Assembly: GCA_963519005.1 (NCBI GenBank)
Contig: CAUQKK010000003.1
Location: 42,628 to 106,627 of the forward strand
Reading direction: 5' to 3'
Source: an uncultured Candidatus Saccharibacteria bacterium
GTDB taxonomy: Bacteria; Patescibacteriota; Saccharimonadia; Saccharimonadales; Saccharimonadaceae
DNA: 64,000 nucleotides
Positions 28,110 through 37,982 of the stretch are shown piece after piece (position 1 is the stretch's first letter; each line of letters starts with the position of its first letter). The notes beneath the pieces are model-generated. The model was not told the origin of the DNA. It did no database searches and was given only the letters and a program-made list of their open reading frames with translations. The position numbers and the translations under genes are program-made.

Positions 28110-30455
28110 CTAGTAGCTTCGGCGCTCCGAGCGGTCCTTTGGCATAACCACCTCGGTATCGGGCTCTTGCCGCGGCGGAAACTTTTTGCGTGGCAGGCCA
28201 GCGAAGGCGTCATTGCTCGGCTGCTTACTACGTGCGGTCGTGCGATTATTGGCCGAGCGGCGCTTGCGCGTATTAGCTGGGCGAGTTGGCGCTTTCTCTT
28301 CTGTTGTCGCGGGCAATACACCAGCAGTTTTGCGTGCAGCAATAGCAGCCGCTTTGGCAGCGGCACCACCCTTAGCAATGCGCGGTGGCGTGTGTGGCTG
28401 AGTTGGCCCAGCGAGGCTCTGACGCGAGCGCCCAGCTGGGACTTCACGGCCCACACGGGCAGTGCGGCTCGACGCCTTTTGTGGTGCACCCACTTCGTTG
28501 ATGACTGGGATAATGATGGGCATGCGGCGTGTTTGGTCGTACAAGACACGGGCAATGTCGTCTTTGATTTCCTTCTTTACGACATCAAGGTCATACGAAC
28601 CCACCATGCTACGCGCCGCTTTTTGCTTGAGGTAGGCGCGGATCATTCCCATCAGCTCTTCATTATCGCGCAGATAAATGAAACCTCGGCTGATGATATC
28701 TGGGCTAGTGAGAAGGCGACCTGTTCCACGCTGGACGGTGAGCACCACAACGAACATCCCCTCCAAGCTCATATGGATGCGATCCTTCAGCACAACATCG
28801 CTCACGACTGCACCAGCGTCGTCATACATTGTGCCGCCCGAGTGCGGAATGCGCCCAATCTTGTGTGCACCATCGGTAGTAAACTCCACAATATCCCCCG
28901 GATCGCAGACAAAGATATGACTGCGTGGGATGCCACACTCCTTCTCGGCCAGGCGAGCATTGTGCACTAACATGTGGAATTCGCCGTGGTTGGGCAAGTA
29001 GTATGTGGGCTTGACGGCACTAATGAGTCGCACGTGGTCATCATAATAACCATGGCCAGACAGGTGGAGTGGCCCCACCCCAGTCAGGTGTGTCTTGCCA
29101 TTTTGCACCACGTCGCCACCTTCGCGCATCAAGCCATCGACGGTGCGTACGACGTACTTCTCGTTACCTGGGATAGGGTTGGAGCTAAAGACCACCACAT
29201 CGCTCCCCTTGATCTTGACGAACTTATGTGCCCCCGTCGCCATGCGGTTAAGGACTGCACTAAATTCTCCCTGGCTACCTGTACAGACGATGGTGATCTT
29301 GTGGTCGGGCAGCTTTACGAGGTCTTCCATCTTGACCACCGTATCTTTGGGGATCTTGATAGCACCAGTGCGCAGCGCTACCTCCAGGTTTTGGATCATA
29401 CTAAAGCCAGCAAAGGCTACCTTACGCCCATGCTTCTCTGCTTCCTCGAGGATGAGCTGGATGCGGTGCAGCTGGCTAGAGAAACTACTGATGATGATGC
29501 GGCTCTTGGCCCACTTGTCCATCACCTCACCCATGCTGTGCTGGATGTCGTGCTCACCGTGGGTGTGAGTGCCAGCGCTCTCGCAGTTGGTCGATTCGTT
29601 CATCATGAGGAGGAAGCCCTCGGTGTGCGCAATATCTTGCAAGCGCTCGAAGTCGAACTTGCGGCCATCCACCGGGTTTTCCTCAATACGCCAGTCACCG
29701 CTGCTGAGAATGTTCCCTACTGGCGTACGCACCACTACTGCAGCCGAATCGGGGATAGAGTGGTTCACCCGCACCAGCTCCACACTAAAGGAGTCGCACA
29801 GCTGGACAATCTCATGCTCCTCAGGCTTGAGCTCATGATACTCCGGCTCGTAGCTGCCATCGGTCTCGGCCATAGTGCGCTGCAGCATACCCAATGTAAA
29901 GGCTGTGCCATAGACTGGTGCAGGCAGCTTGGGGATAATGTGCCGAAAGGCACCGATATGGTCGAGGTGCCCGTGGGTAAAGATATGTGCCCGAATCTTG
30001 TGCTTATTCTCCTCCAACCACTGCGTATCGGGGATGATGTAGTTGATGCCTGGGTAGTCGCTACCTGGGAAGAGGAAGCCCATGTCGATAATGATGATAT
30101 CGTTGTCGTACTCGATGGCCGTCATATTCTTGCCAATGCCCATCTCGCCTACCCCACCAATCGGGATGACCTTGAGCGTTGGGCGCGGCGCACGGGGACG
30201 CTTGGGCTGCATGTTGAGAGTAAACTGCTTGCCGCCATAGCCATTGTAGACTGACTTATTGACTGGCACGTTAATAACATGCTGCGAGGCCTGGGCATTG
30301 ACCCCTTCGCTGGTGCGGCGCTGCGCCCGAAAGACCTCGCCTTTGCGCGTGGTAGTGGCGCTGAGCACCGTGTTGGTTGTCGCTGGTTGTTTGCTTGCGT
30401 GTGGACGCTTCTTGGCGTCATCTGCCTGGGGTGTGGCCACTCGTCGTTGACCCAT
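28110..30455 (-). CDS. rnj: Ribonuclease J
   Basis: IPIGGVGEMGIGKNM, THGHLDHIG, VNHSIPD, ESTN, TGSQGE, HLSGH, PNHGE. Confidence 0.96.
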   Translation of the reverse strand: MGQRRVATPQADDAKKRPHASKQPATTNTVLSATTTRKGEVFRAQRRTSEGVNAQASQHVINVPVNKSVYNGYGGKQFTLNMQPKRPRAPRPTLKVIPIGGVGEMGIGKNMTAIEYDNDIIIIDMGFLFPGSDYPGINYIIPDTQWLEENKHKIRAHIFTHGHLDHIGAFRHIIPKLPAPVYGTAFTLGMLQRTMAETDGSYEPEYHELKPEEHEIVQLCDSFSVELVRVNHSIPDSAAVVVRTPVGNILSSGDWRIEENPVDGRKFDFERLQDIAHTEGFLLMMNESTNCESAGTHTHGEHDIQHSMGEVMDKWAKSRIIISSFSSQLHRIQLILEEAEKHGRKVAFAGFSMIQNLEVALRTGAIKIPKDTVVKMEDLVKLPDHKITIVCTGSQGEFSAVLNRMATGAHKFVKIKGSDVVVFSSNPIPGNEKYVVRTVDGLMREGGDVVQNGKTHLTGVGPLHLSGHGYYDDHVRLISAVKPTYYLPNHGEFHMLVHNARLAEKECGIPRSHIFVCDPGDIVEFTTDGAHKIGRIPHSGGTMYDDAGAVVSDVVLKDRIHMSLEGMFVVVLTVQRGTGRLLTSPDIISRGFIYLRDNEELMGMIRAYLKQKAARSMVGSYDLDVVKKEIKDDIARVLYDQTRRMPIIIPVINEVGAPQKASSRTARVGREVPAGRSRQSLAGPTQPHTPPRIAKGGAAAKAAAIAARKTAGVLPATTEEKAPTRPANTRKRRSANNRTTARSKQPSNDAFAGLPRKKFPPRQEPDTEVVMPKDRSERRSY

Positions 30456-30559
30456 TGTATTTCACTCCTTCTAATACATTATTCTGGTTCTACTAATAAG
30501 AGACAGGCTAAGAGCCTCAATAAGTGATTGTATTATAGCAGATGATGGTAAGATGTGTC

Positions 30560-30586
30560 AAAGCCACCTCGCGAGAGGTGGCTTTT
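30560..30586. terminator. Intrinsic terminator
   Basis: AAAGCCACCTC..GAGGTGGCTTTT. Confidence 0.7.
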
Positions 30587-30617
30587 GCTTCGTATCACTA
30601 CGAGTTGATGGTATATG

Positions 30618-31529
30618 CTATACGCACCAAGCCTGTAGTATATATTTCAAATTTTCGCCTGTTTCCGCACGGGAGGCTGGCTGCCACGATGCGCTATCAC
30701 TTGGGCTGCTGCCATCAGGGTTCTCTGTGCTAGCTGATGCTTCTTCGATGACAAACGTTGGTGCACCATTCTCGTTAGTGGTTCGCGTCATCCGTGTGTA
30801 TGGCCGCTCATTCGGGTCAGTATTGGCGCTTGGACGGAAGCTACTCGCCGCTGCAACTTCTGTGGCGGGGTTGCCTGTGATCTGCAGCAGCTCTGCCGTC
30901 GTCAGCTCACCAGCCGGCTGGGCAGCCCCTGGCTCTTGTGGCGTCTCCAGCGTCACCTCCTCCCGCGTGGTTGTTTTGCCGGTGGTTGTGTCTTTTTGTT
31001 TGTGAGCTACTGTCGTTACGACGACATTTTGCCCATCATGGCTGACGGTAGTTCGCTTCGCTGTAATAATCTTCTCAATACCCCTGCTCTTATCAGTCTG
31101 GCGCGCCGTAAGAGAATCGCCAGTATAACGATCTGTCTTTGTCTTGCCCTGCAGCTGGGTGTATCGCGTAGTGATACCGTGCAGGACTTCCCTATCGACC
31201 TTCTTTACATCAATCTCACCATCGGGAGTTGTAAATTCTACATCACGACCCGATTGCCCAAATGGCTCAGCCGTTGCAGCTGTTTCGCTCGATACGGGTG
31301 CTTCTGCCGTATTATGACAATACGCAAAGCCATTCATACCAGCAAGCAAGACTGCCAGAGCGGCAAACTTTTGCTTCAGCGAGAACCGTAGCGCACCTAT
31401 CTTGTCTGTATCATCGGCAGCACTCTCATTACTTAACGTAATGCGCGAGTTTGTCTCGCTCAAAATCGGTTTTCGTGCAAAGCTCCCTTCCATACTGCTT
31501 GTTTTCTGCCAAGGTTTCTTCATCATCAT
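30618..31529 (-). CDS. Hypothetical Thr-rich membrane-anchored protein
   Basis: GGAGG SD, TTGACA-18-TACTAT promoter, one hydrophobic segment (FAALAVLLAG). Confidence 0.7.
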   Translation of the reverse strand: MMMKKPWQKTSSMEGSFARKPILSETNSRITLSNESAADDTDKIGALRFSLKQKFAALAVLLAGMNGFAYCHNTAEAPVSSETAATAEPFGQSGRDVEFTTPDGEIDVKKVDREVLHGITTRYTQLQGKTKTDRYTGDSLTARQTDKSRGIEKIITAKRTTVSHDGQNVVVTTVAHKQKDTTTGKTTTREEVTLETPQEPGAAQPAGELTTAELLQITGNPATEVAAASSFRPSANTDPNERPYTRMTRTTNENGAPTFVIEEASASTENPDGSSPSDSASWQPASRAETGENLKYILQAWCV

Positions 31530-31683
31530 CGCCTCCTGCCTTATTTTACTAATTACCTATTTACCGCTATAGTACTTGGTATTTGCTATACCTGTCAAAT
31601 GTGTTCTATTCGGGTCCCAAAGCTAGCAGGCAAAAAGCCGGCTACCTCGCAATAGCCGGCTCTGTGTTATACCTCACAGTACA

Positions 31684-33792
31684 TTAATCTCCATCCACCG
31701 TCGTATGAGCAAACTGCCGCGTGCCACGCCAGGCCAAGAAGCCAATAAGGAGCGCGTTTGCCACGAGCGCAAAGCCAGCCAAGATGAGCATGTGCTGTGT
31801 ATAGAGCGCGCTATCTACCCCGCCCGAGATTGCATGACGATAGGCAATGATGGAGTGCGTCATGGGCAGCCAAGGGTTGATGTCTTGGAAGAAGCCAGAG
31901 GCTGTTTGGATGGGGAATATCCCTTCGCTCGCTGCCAGCTGGAGCACCATGATGATCATTACCACCAGCCGGCCAGGATTATCAAGCACCATCACCACCA
32001 ACGTAATGAGCGACATAAAGGCAAGCGAAGCAAGGTAGCTTGTGGCAGCAAATAGCCACGGGTGGTCGGGCTGCAAGCCCACCACATAGACTAGCACCAG
32101 CATCATAATCGTTGCTTGCACCAGTGCAGCCAGCCCCAAGACTGACATCTTAGCCAGCCACCAGCGCCAGGCATTTTCTTGGCGCGAGAAGGTCTTGCGC
32201 ACTGGGTACATCGTCGTCAGAGCCAGCCCACCAACAAAGAGCGCCAGCGAGAGCATATATGGTGCCATAGCATAGCCGTAATTTGGTACACTGCCAGTAC
32301 TGTGCTCGCTACTCGTCACAGGTGCGGCCATCTGCTGCTGAGCCGCTGGGCTAGTTGGCAGGAGCTTTACCTGAGCAGCACCAGTTTGCAGTTTGTGCGC
32401 CAGTGTGCTCGAGCCATCCACCAGCTGGTTGCTTGCCTGCATCAGCGTGCTAGAGTGCTGCTGCAAGGTGGCTGCGCCCTGAGCTAGTTGCCCACTACCC
32501 TGCTGAGCTGTTGCGAGATTGCCCGCCACCTGTGCTGCACCAGCCTGGAGCCGCTCGCTACCAGCCCGCACCGTGTTGTAACCCGCAAAGGCAGTGGTGG
32601 CTTGTGGGGCAAATTGCTCCACGCCAGTATTGAGTGCCACCACACCATTCTTGAGTGTTTGCTGCTGAGTGGCAAGCGTTTTAGTGAGAGTATCAAGGTT
32701 GGCTAGCAAGCTCTGCGTTTGCTCAGCAATGGCTTTGGTCTGCTGCAGAGCGCTCGCTATGGTCTGCAGCTCGGGTAGTGTGATGGTCGTGCTACCGCCA
32801 GATGCAGCCGCCTGCGCACTAGTCTTTTGGAGGATCGCCCCAGCCGACGCGGCGGGTGCTTGCATTGCCTGGAGCGCACCCACCACCCGCTGCGCATCTT
32901 GGACGACGGCCGCCTGCTGAGCTGCCACCGCTGGTGATGGCTGAGCCACTTGGGCGTTGAGTGTATTCATCCCTTGTTTGATCTGCTGCATACCAGCCGT
33001 TAGCTGGCCCACTTGGGCCGCCGTTGGCAGTTGGCCAGTCAGCTGCGCTGTGCCCTGCTGGACCTGCACTGCGCCGGCCTGTAGCCGCCCTAAGCCCGCT
33101 GTCAGCGTCTGCTGCTTGCTCGCCAGTTGGCTAACGCCATTGGTATAGTGAGTAAGACCCGCTTGGAGCCGTGCTGACCCCTGGTGTAAGCGCCCAGCAC
33201 CATCACCAGCCTGCGCCATGCCATTACCCACCGCACCAATGCCCGCTGCCACCTCTTTGAGGTAGGTTTGGGTCACTTGCTCGGCTACTGTTTCCTTCAC
33301 TTTTTGCGCGGCTTGGCGGCTAATAACTGCACCAATGTAGTTTTTGGCTGGCGTCAGCTGATACGACACCACTGCTTGCTGCGGCTTGTCCTGCCGAAGT
33401 GACGCCGCACGCTGTGAGAAATTCTCTGGTACCGTCACTACTGCATAGTAGTAGCCGCGGCGTACGCCATCATCGGCTTGCTGCTTGGAGACGAATTCCC
33501 ACTTAAGCGCCTTGCTCTTATGCAGAGACTCGGTCATTGTCCGGCCGATCTGCAGCTCCTTGCCATTAATCTGCGCCCCCTTGTCTTCATTCACAAAGGC
33601 AATTGGCAGTCGGTCAGTATGCCCATACGGATCCCACACCGAGCTCAGAAAAAACGCCGCATATATTACCGGCACAAAGGCTAGCGCTATCACTGCCACT
33701 AGTAGTGTTTTGCTCTGCAGCAAGTGCCGCCATTCGGCCTGGACCATCACACTGCGGCGACGCTGGATAGCTTGTTTTATTTTCTCACCCAT
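31684..33792 (-). CDS. YhgE/Pip family membrane protein
   Basis: WDPYG..DRLPIAFVNEDKG, QLA.GA..L heptad repeats, VPNYGYAMAPY, C-terminal TM bundle with LPMTHS. Confidence 0.92.
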   Translation of the reverse strand: MGEKIKQAIQRRRSVMVQAEWRHLLQSKTLLVAVIALAFVPVIYAAFFLSSVWDPYGHTDRLPIAFVNEDKGAQINGKELQIGRTMTESLHKSKALKWEFVSKQQADDGVRRGYYYAVVTVPENFSQRAASLRQDKPQQAVVSYQLTPAKNYIGAVISRQAAQKVKETVAEQVTQTYLKEVAAGIGAVGNGMAQAGDGAGRLHQGSARLQAGLTHYTNGVSQLASKQQTLTAGLGRLQAGAVQVQQGTAQLTGQLPTAAQVGQLTAGMQQIKQGMNTLNAQVAQPSPAVAAQQAAVVQDAQRVVGALQAMQAPAASAGAILQKTSAQAAASGGSTTITLPELQTIASALQQTKAIAEQTQSLLANLDTLTKTLATQQQTLKNGVVALNTGVEQFAPQATTAFAGYNTVRAGSERLQAGAAQVAGNLATAQQGSGQLAQGAATLQQHSSTLMQASNQLVDGSSTLAHKLQTGAAQVKLLPTSPAAQQQMAAPVTSSEHSTGSVPNYGYAMAPYMLSLALFVGGLALTTMYPVRKTFSRQENAWRWWLAKMSVLGLAALVQATIMMLVLVYVVGLQPDHPWLFAATSYLASLAFMSLITLVVMVLDNPGRLVVMIIMVLQLAASEGIFPIQTASGFFQDINPWLPMTHSIIAYRHAISGGVDSALYTQHMLILAGFALVANALLIGFLAWRGTRQFAHTTVDGD

Positions 33793-34228
33793 TGTTCATT
33801 AGCTCCCGAATAATATCTTGCAATGTCACGCTCTGCAGCGTCTCAGCCCAGCGTGCCTGAGCCCGATCGAAGGCACCAAGGATGCTCACCTCACCGCGTT
33901 TGATCTTGCTATCATCTGCCTGGCAGGCAAACATCCGCTCGGCGACTCCTTGGTAGTGGACAAAGCTCTCCGTCCCCTCGACTGCCGCCACGATATCCCA
34001 CAGCGTCAGCTCTGTACTAGCCCGCGCCAGGCGAAAGCCACCACCCGCACCCCTCGCCGAGGTAATCAGCCGGGCTGTTACGAGCTTGCGCGTTACTTTA
34101 GTAATATACGTTGGCGACACCCCCATTTGCTTTGCCAAGCTCTGGTTCGTCACTGGTGATCGCAGGTCTGGATGCGCCAGCAAAATCACAATGCAACAGG
34201 CCTGCTCGACTGCTCCTGATAATCTCAT
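33785..34228 (-). CDS. Rrf2-family transcriptional regulator
   Basis: VSPTYITKVTRKLV, SARGAGGGFRLAR, TLWDIVAAVEG, LQSVTLQDI. Confidence 0.92.
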   Translation of the reverse strand: MRLSGAVEQACCIVILLAHPDLRSPVTNQSLAKQMGVSPTYITKVTRKLVTARLITSARGAGGGFRLARASTELTLWDIVAAVEGTESFVHYQGVAERMFACQADDSKIKRGEVSILGAFDRAQARWAETLQSVTLQDIIRELMNNG

Positions 34229-34295
34229 GGTTTTCTATGCGAGGTGCTATGCAGCCCACCATGCGAAGCAGCTCACTCCTCCTTTCTTTGATTGT

Positions 34296-34326
34296 TGATA
34301 ATGGATATCTAATATCCAGATTATCA
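34296..34326. promoter_or_regulatory. Palindromic operator, probably for the Rrf2 regulator
   Basis: TGATAA-TGGATAT-cta-ATATCCA-ga-TTATCA upstream of rrf2. Confidence 0.6.
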
Positions 34327-34470
34327 TAGGCTACCCTCTCTTTCAAGCCTATTGCATGAGAATATACCAGAAGCTCCCCATATCTCTAACTTCCTCTCAC
34401 CATAACAACTTTTTATGCAATAAACCGAAAATATGGTAGAATAGCGACACATAGCGTAAGGAGAAGAACT

Positions 34471-34749
34471 ATGGAAAAAACCATTCATACAGAAAATGAC
34501 GCCTGGGAGGCCTTTGCAAAAGCCTGTGGCTCATCAAATCATAGAGCTCACGACCTATTCAAAATTGAGCGCCAGACAGGCTGCTGGGTGTTCCGCTGGG
34601 CAGACCGCGCCAATATGCCTATGGGGATGGCACCCTGGGTTGTGACTGATGATGGCAAGGCAATGAGGGTCGGCATACCTCTTTCGCTCAAGACAGTGCT
34701 GGCGGAGATCGCAGAAAATACAGAAAATAGCGAAGCAACGGCGAAATAA
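34471..34749 (+). CDS. Small protein resembling YrhB/Imm35 immunity domains
   Basis: AAGGAG SD; GCWVFRW...GMAPWVVTDDG pattern. Confidence 0.55.
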   Translation: MEKTIHTENDAWEAFAKACGSSNHRAHDLFKIERQTGCWVFRWADRANMPMGMAPWVVTDDGKAMRVGIPLSLKTVLAEIAENTENSEATAK

Positions 34750-34849
34750 CGCTGATCTTTGTAACCCTCCGAGAGCTAGGTCTCATTTGTGGTCTTGAAC
34801 ATGTATTTTGCTGGACTGATGAATAACAGCCCAGCATTTTCTTTTTGTG

Positions 34850-35698
34850 CTACTTTGCACGGCGCGTTAGCGGCTTTGTGCCTTTGTAGAGCAAGTAGCG
34901 GAATAGCCCCGCTTCATACAGCGTGCTATAGCCATGCGATGCCATCACGGCATTGACAAAGAATGGCGCAAGCTTTGCATCGGGCTGAATCCAAGCAAAT
35001 GGCCGGGCAAGCAAGCGCAAGCGATGGTATGTTGGCATAACGGCCTCTGTCCAATCAGTCTCGCTTATATCCGCAAAGCCAGCCTGCTGCAGGGCCTGCG
35101 ATATCTCACCAGGGTTTTGCTGCCGCACACCAAAGCCACCAGCATGCTGCTCCAAAAAGTCCATCATGCGCTGCTGCCTGGCCGACATATGGCGGGCATC
35201 GACCTCATAATCGGCAAACGCTACACGCCCACCCGGCTTGAGGATACGATAAAACTCCTGCATCGTGGCCTGCATATCCTTGGCGTGCGACAGCGTTTCA
35301 TTGACATACACCACATCAAAGTGCTCATCTGGGAAGTCGGTGTGCGAGTAATCGCCCAGCACAAAGCGCGGCGCAGGATTCATATGCCGCGACAATTTCT
35401 CAGATATCTTAACCTCTCGTGGCGTGATGGTAATGCCTATTACCTCACTGCCATTCGTCTGGACGAGGTGCCGGGCCATCACGCCTTGGCCCGAGCCCGC
35501 ATCGAGCACACGGTCGGTCGGCTTGAGCTGCAACTCCTTGGCAAACATCTGCAAGAAGTTCGCTTGGGCTTGCCGCTCGTTCTTTGTCTCGCTCGTCCAG
35601 TAGCCAGCGTGCTGCGAGCGGCCCAGCACCATGTTATAGCCTGCCCACGAGCCAAACCGCGAATAGTATGTAGCCACACCGTTGTTCTTTGTGTTCAT
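34850..35698 (-). CDS. Class I SAM-dependent methyltransferase (sterol/tocopherol/RebM-like)
   Basis: HAGYW, VLDAGSGQG, GITIT, FDVV, RILKPGGRV. Confidence 0.88.
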   Translation of the reverse strand: MNTKNNGVATYYSRFGSWAGYNMVLGRSQHAGYWTSETKNERQAQANFLQMFAKELQLKPTDRVLDAGSGQGVMARHLVQTNGSEVIGITITPREVKISEKLSRHMNPAPRFVLGDYSHTDFPDEHFDVVYVNETLSHAKDMQATMQEFYRILKPGGRVAFADYEVDARHMSARQQRMMDFLEQHAGGFGVRQQNPGEISQALQQAGFADISETDWTEAVMPTYHRLRLLARPFAWIQPDAKLAPFFVNAVMASHGYSTLYEAGLFRYLLYKGTKPLTRRAK

Positions 35699-35966
35699 CG
35701 TTTTCTCCTTGTTACTGTGCTTATTCTATAGTATAGCGTAGAACTGCTCAATGGAGTGAGTTTGCAGGGGTCTTTCTCTACCCTCCTCTCTCAGCCACCA
35801 TTCCCCTTTGCTGCTGCTAAAATTCTCTCTCCGTATGTCATTTTCTCTACCTCCGATAGGCCTATTTTATCAAAGCATGAGCGATATCATAATTATGACA
35901 ATGGGGCGATTTGTAGTATCATGTATAAGTATAAGTGTTATACCAATGAGGTGAGGAGGAAACACA

Positions 35967-36617
35967 ATGCCAAAACAAGAAGCAGCTGGCCTGCCATGGC
36001 CAACCCAAGCAGCCCGTAGACAAACTACGCGCCAGTCTGACCCTGCCATCCGCGATAGCAGCGCCTACCGGCAAAAGCCTGCTGAGGATGCCGAGCGCAC
36101 CACATCGGCAACCGCACAGAGCGAGCTCGATGCGGCCAAGAACAAGCTTGCTACCCTACAAAAGGCATTGCAGCATGTGACCGCCGTCGAGATTGGCGAG
36201 GCACAGCTCGGCACCAGTGCACGCGATTACATTAGCCATGCGCTGGAGGTATCGCGTGTTTTTTCTGAGCTAGAGCACCGCCGCGTGCCTGTTAATGGCT
36301 CGTACAATGGCCAGCCCTTCCAAGTATTACCCAGTTCCAGCCTCGAGCTGATCGAGCGCGACCTCGGCCGTGCGAGCTTTGGCCCTTATGGCCCAGCTGG
36401 CCTAACCCGCGTTGGTCCTCAACCCAAAGAAGAGCTCACACTCGACGACTACGTCGCCGATGCCACTGCTCAAGCCACGGCTGACTACAACACCAAGAAA
36501 AAGCAAGCCGACGAGCAAGCCAAGGTTGCCACCGAGCTCCAAACCGCTCAAGAGCTCCTCGAGCGCAAAGGCTACGGCGTGACCGCACCAGAGGCTGGCA
36601 AGACGAAAGTCGCCTAA
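35967..36617 (+). CDS. Hypothetical helical protein
   Basis: GAGGAGG SD; terminator at 36641-36673. Confidence 0.75.
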   Translation: MPKQEAAGLPWPTQAARRQTTRQSDPAIRDSSAYRQKPAEDAERTTSATAQSELDAAKNKLATLQKALQHVTAVEIGEAQLGTSARDYISHALEVSRVFSELEHRRVPVNGSYNGQPFQVLPSSSLELIERDLGRASFGPYGPAGLTRVGPQPKEELTLDDYVADATAQATADYNTKKKQADEQAKVATELQTAQELLERKGYGVTAPEAGKTKVA

Positions 36618-36640
36618 CCAGCTCCGCAAATATGCATACC

Positions 36641-36673
36641 AAGGTAAGTATTGTGACAATGCTTACCTTTTTT
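36641..36673 (+). terminator. Intrinsic terminator
   Basis: AAGGTAAGTATTG-tga-CAATGCTTACCTTTTTT. Confidence 0.75.
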
Positions 36674-36755
36674 GTTTGCACAGCAAAGCGCTTGCCGCTT
36701 CCTCTCCTGCTGATTATGAGGCGCGATGTGTCTGGCTATATCTCTATACTATTCA

Positions 36756-37373
36756 TTATTTACTCTGCGTCGTCTGCCGCACATACGCCACTGCCCGCAC
36801 GAAGTCGTCGATGAGCGTCTGACGCATGGCACCGTTGTATAGCGCAGCGGCTGGGTGGTAGAGCGGAATAACGACGAACTCTCGCTCGTGCAAGCGCACT
36901 TTGCGCGGCTGACCATGGTCGCGGCTGATACGTAGATCGGGGATGAATCCACCACCACTGTGCCGGCCAAGAGTAAGCACTGCCTTTGGCTGGATAATAT
37001 CAAGCTGCTGCATGAGGTACGGCCAAAAGGCGCGCTTCTCCTCCGGCAGTGGGTCGCGGTTATTGGGTGGGCGATATTTGACGATATTGGTGATATACAC
37101 ATCGCTGCGCACCAGGCCAGCTGTAGCGAGCATTTCGTCCAGGAACTTCCCCGCCGCCCCCACAAATGGCTTGCCTTGCAGGTCTTCATTCTTGCCGGGC
37201 GCTTCCCCCACAAAGACGATGTCGGCATTGGGGTTGCCATCACCCAGCACCAGCTGCGTTGCCTGGGCAGCCAGCTCGGGGCAGAGCTTGGCGGCGATAA
37301 TCTCCTCAGCGAGGTGCGCTAGCTGAGCGGCTTGGGTTTGGTCTGGTGTGGATGGGTCAAGTGGATGGGTCAT
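36756..37373 (-). CDS. Uracil-DNA glycosylase, family 4
   Basis: VGEAPGKNED, PFVGAAG, YITNIVKYRPPNNRDP, YHPAAAL. Confidence 0.95.
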   Translation of the reverse strand: MTHPLDPSTPDQTQAAQLAHLAEEIIAAKLCPELAAQATQLVLGDGNPNADIVFVGEAPGKNEDLQGKPFVGAAGKFLDEMLATAGLVRSDVYITNIVKYRPPNNRDPLPEEKRAFWPYLMQQLDIIQPKAVLTLGRHSGGGFIPDLRISRDHGQPRKVRLHEREFVVIPLYHPAAALYNGAMRQTLIDDFVRAVAYVRQTTQSK

Positions 37374-37661
37374 ACATCCAGTATAACAATCGATGGGCGG
37401 ATGGAGCAAAAACCAGCTGTAATTGATCACTCTAGCTTTGGCACTGGAATCTACTGCCTAGCTCTTGCAATATTGAGGGGTGTGATAATTGCTGAGGTTT
37501 TGCGATTGCAGGTTGATAGTAAACAAACGCAACCGAGGGTATAAAAACAAAAAAGCAATCCTGCATTGCTTTTATCTATCAAGAGTAGTACGCCCCCGCG
37601 GAGGTAGAGCATCCAGATGGACGCATCAATACCTCCGCCGGGAGCGGGTGGTGGTGAGGTG

Positions 37662-37982
37662 CTACCAGCTAACTTCTAGGGCACTTGTAGACCAGCTTTC
37701 TCTTTGGTTCGAGTGATAGCGTCTTACGACTCTCGCACCATAGCCTAGAGACTGAAGCTGGTCGATAATGGCCTGCTGCTCATAGTTTGGCTTATTTAAA
37801 AAGAGGTACGAAGCCTCTGTTGCTAGACTACCAAACCCATGCCCTGTGTAATCAAGTGATGTCTTCCCCTTCTCGGCGGCTTTCTGCGCCTTTGTGAGGA
37901 TAGCCTCAGTGATCTTTCCAATTTTGCTCTCGAAGGAGTTATCATTCGAGATCTCACGCATTTCGCTAGCTGACAGAGCCAT
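37662..37982 (-). CDS. Small hypothetical protein of phage-like type
   Basis: AAAGGGGG SD; LSASEMR...KAAEKG...LQSLGY...EVSW pattern. Confidence 0.7.
   Translation of the reverse strand: MALSASEMREISNDNSFESKIGKITEAILTKAQKAAEKGKTSLDYTGHGFGSLATEASYLFLNKPNYEQQAIIDQLQSLGYGARVVRRYHSNQRESWSTSALEVSW

Noticed and set aside
28974..30254. 426-aa + strand ORF and similar long antisense ORFs (e.g. 28092-28970, 44547-45308, 34934-35731)
   Set aside because: Shadow ORFs opposite well-supported GC3-rich genes.
32330..33240. Internal repeats in the YhgE gene
   Set aside because: Expected heptad (x-x-x-L-x-x-G) repeats of the YhgE/Pip family, not a separate element.
34247..34276. Short upstream ORF (VSCFAWWAA) before rrf2 as an attenuator peptide
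   Set aside because: The GTG is too close to the SD and no terminator/antiterminator pair is evident.
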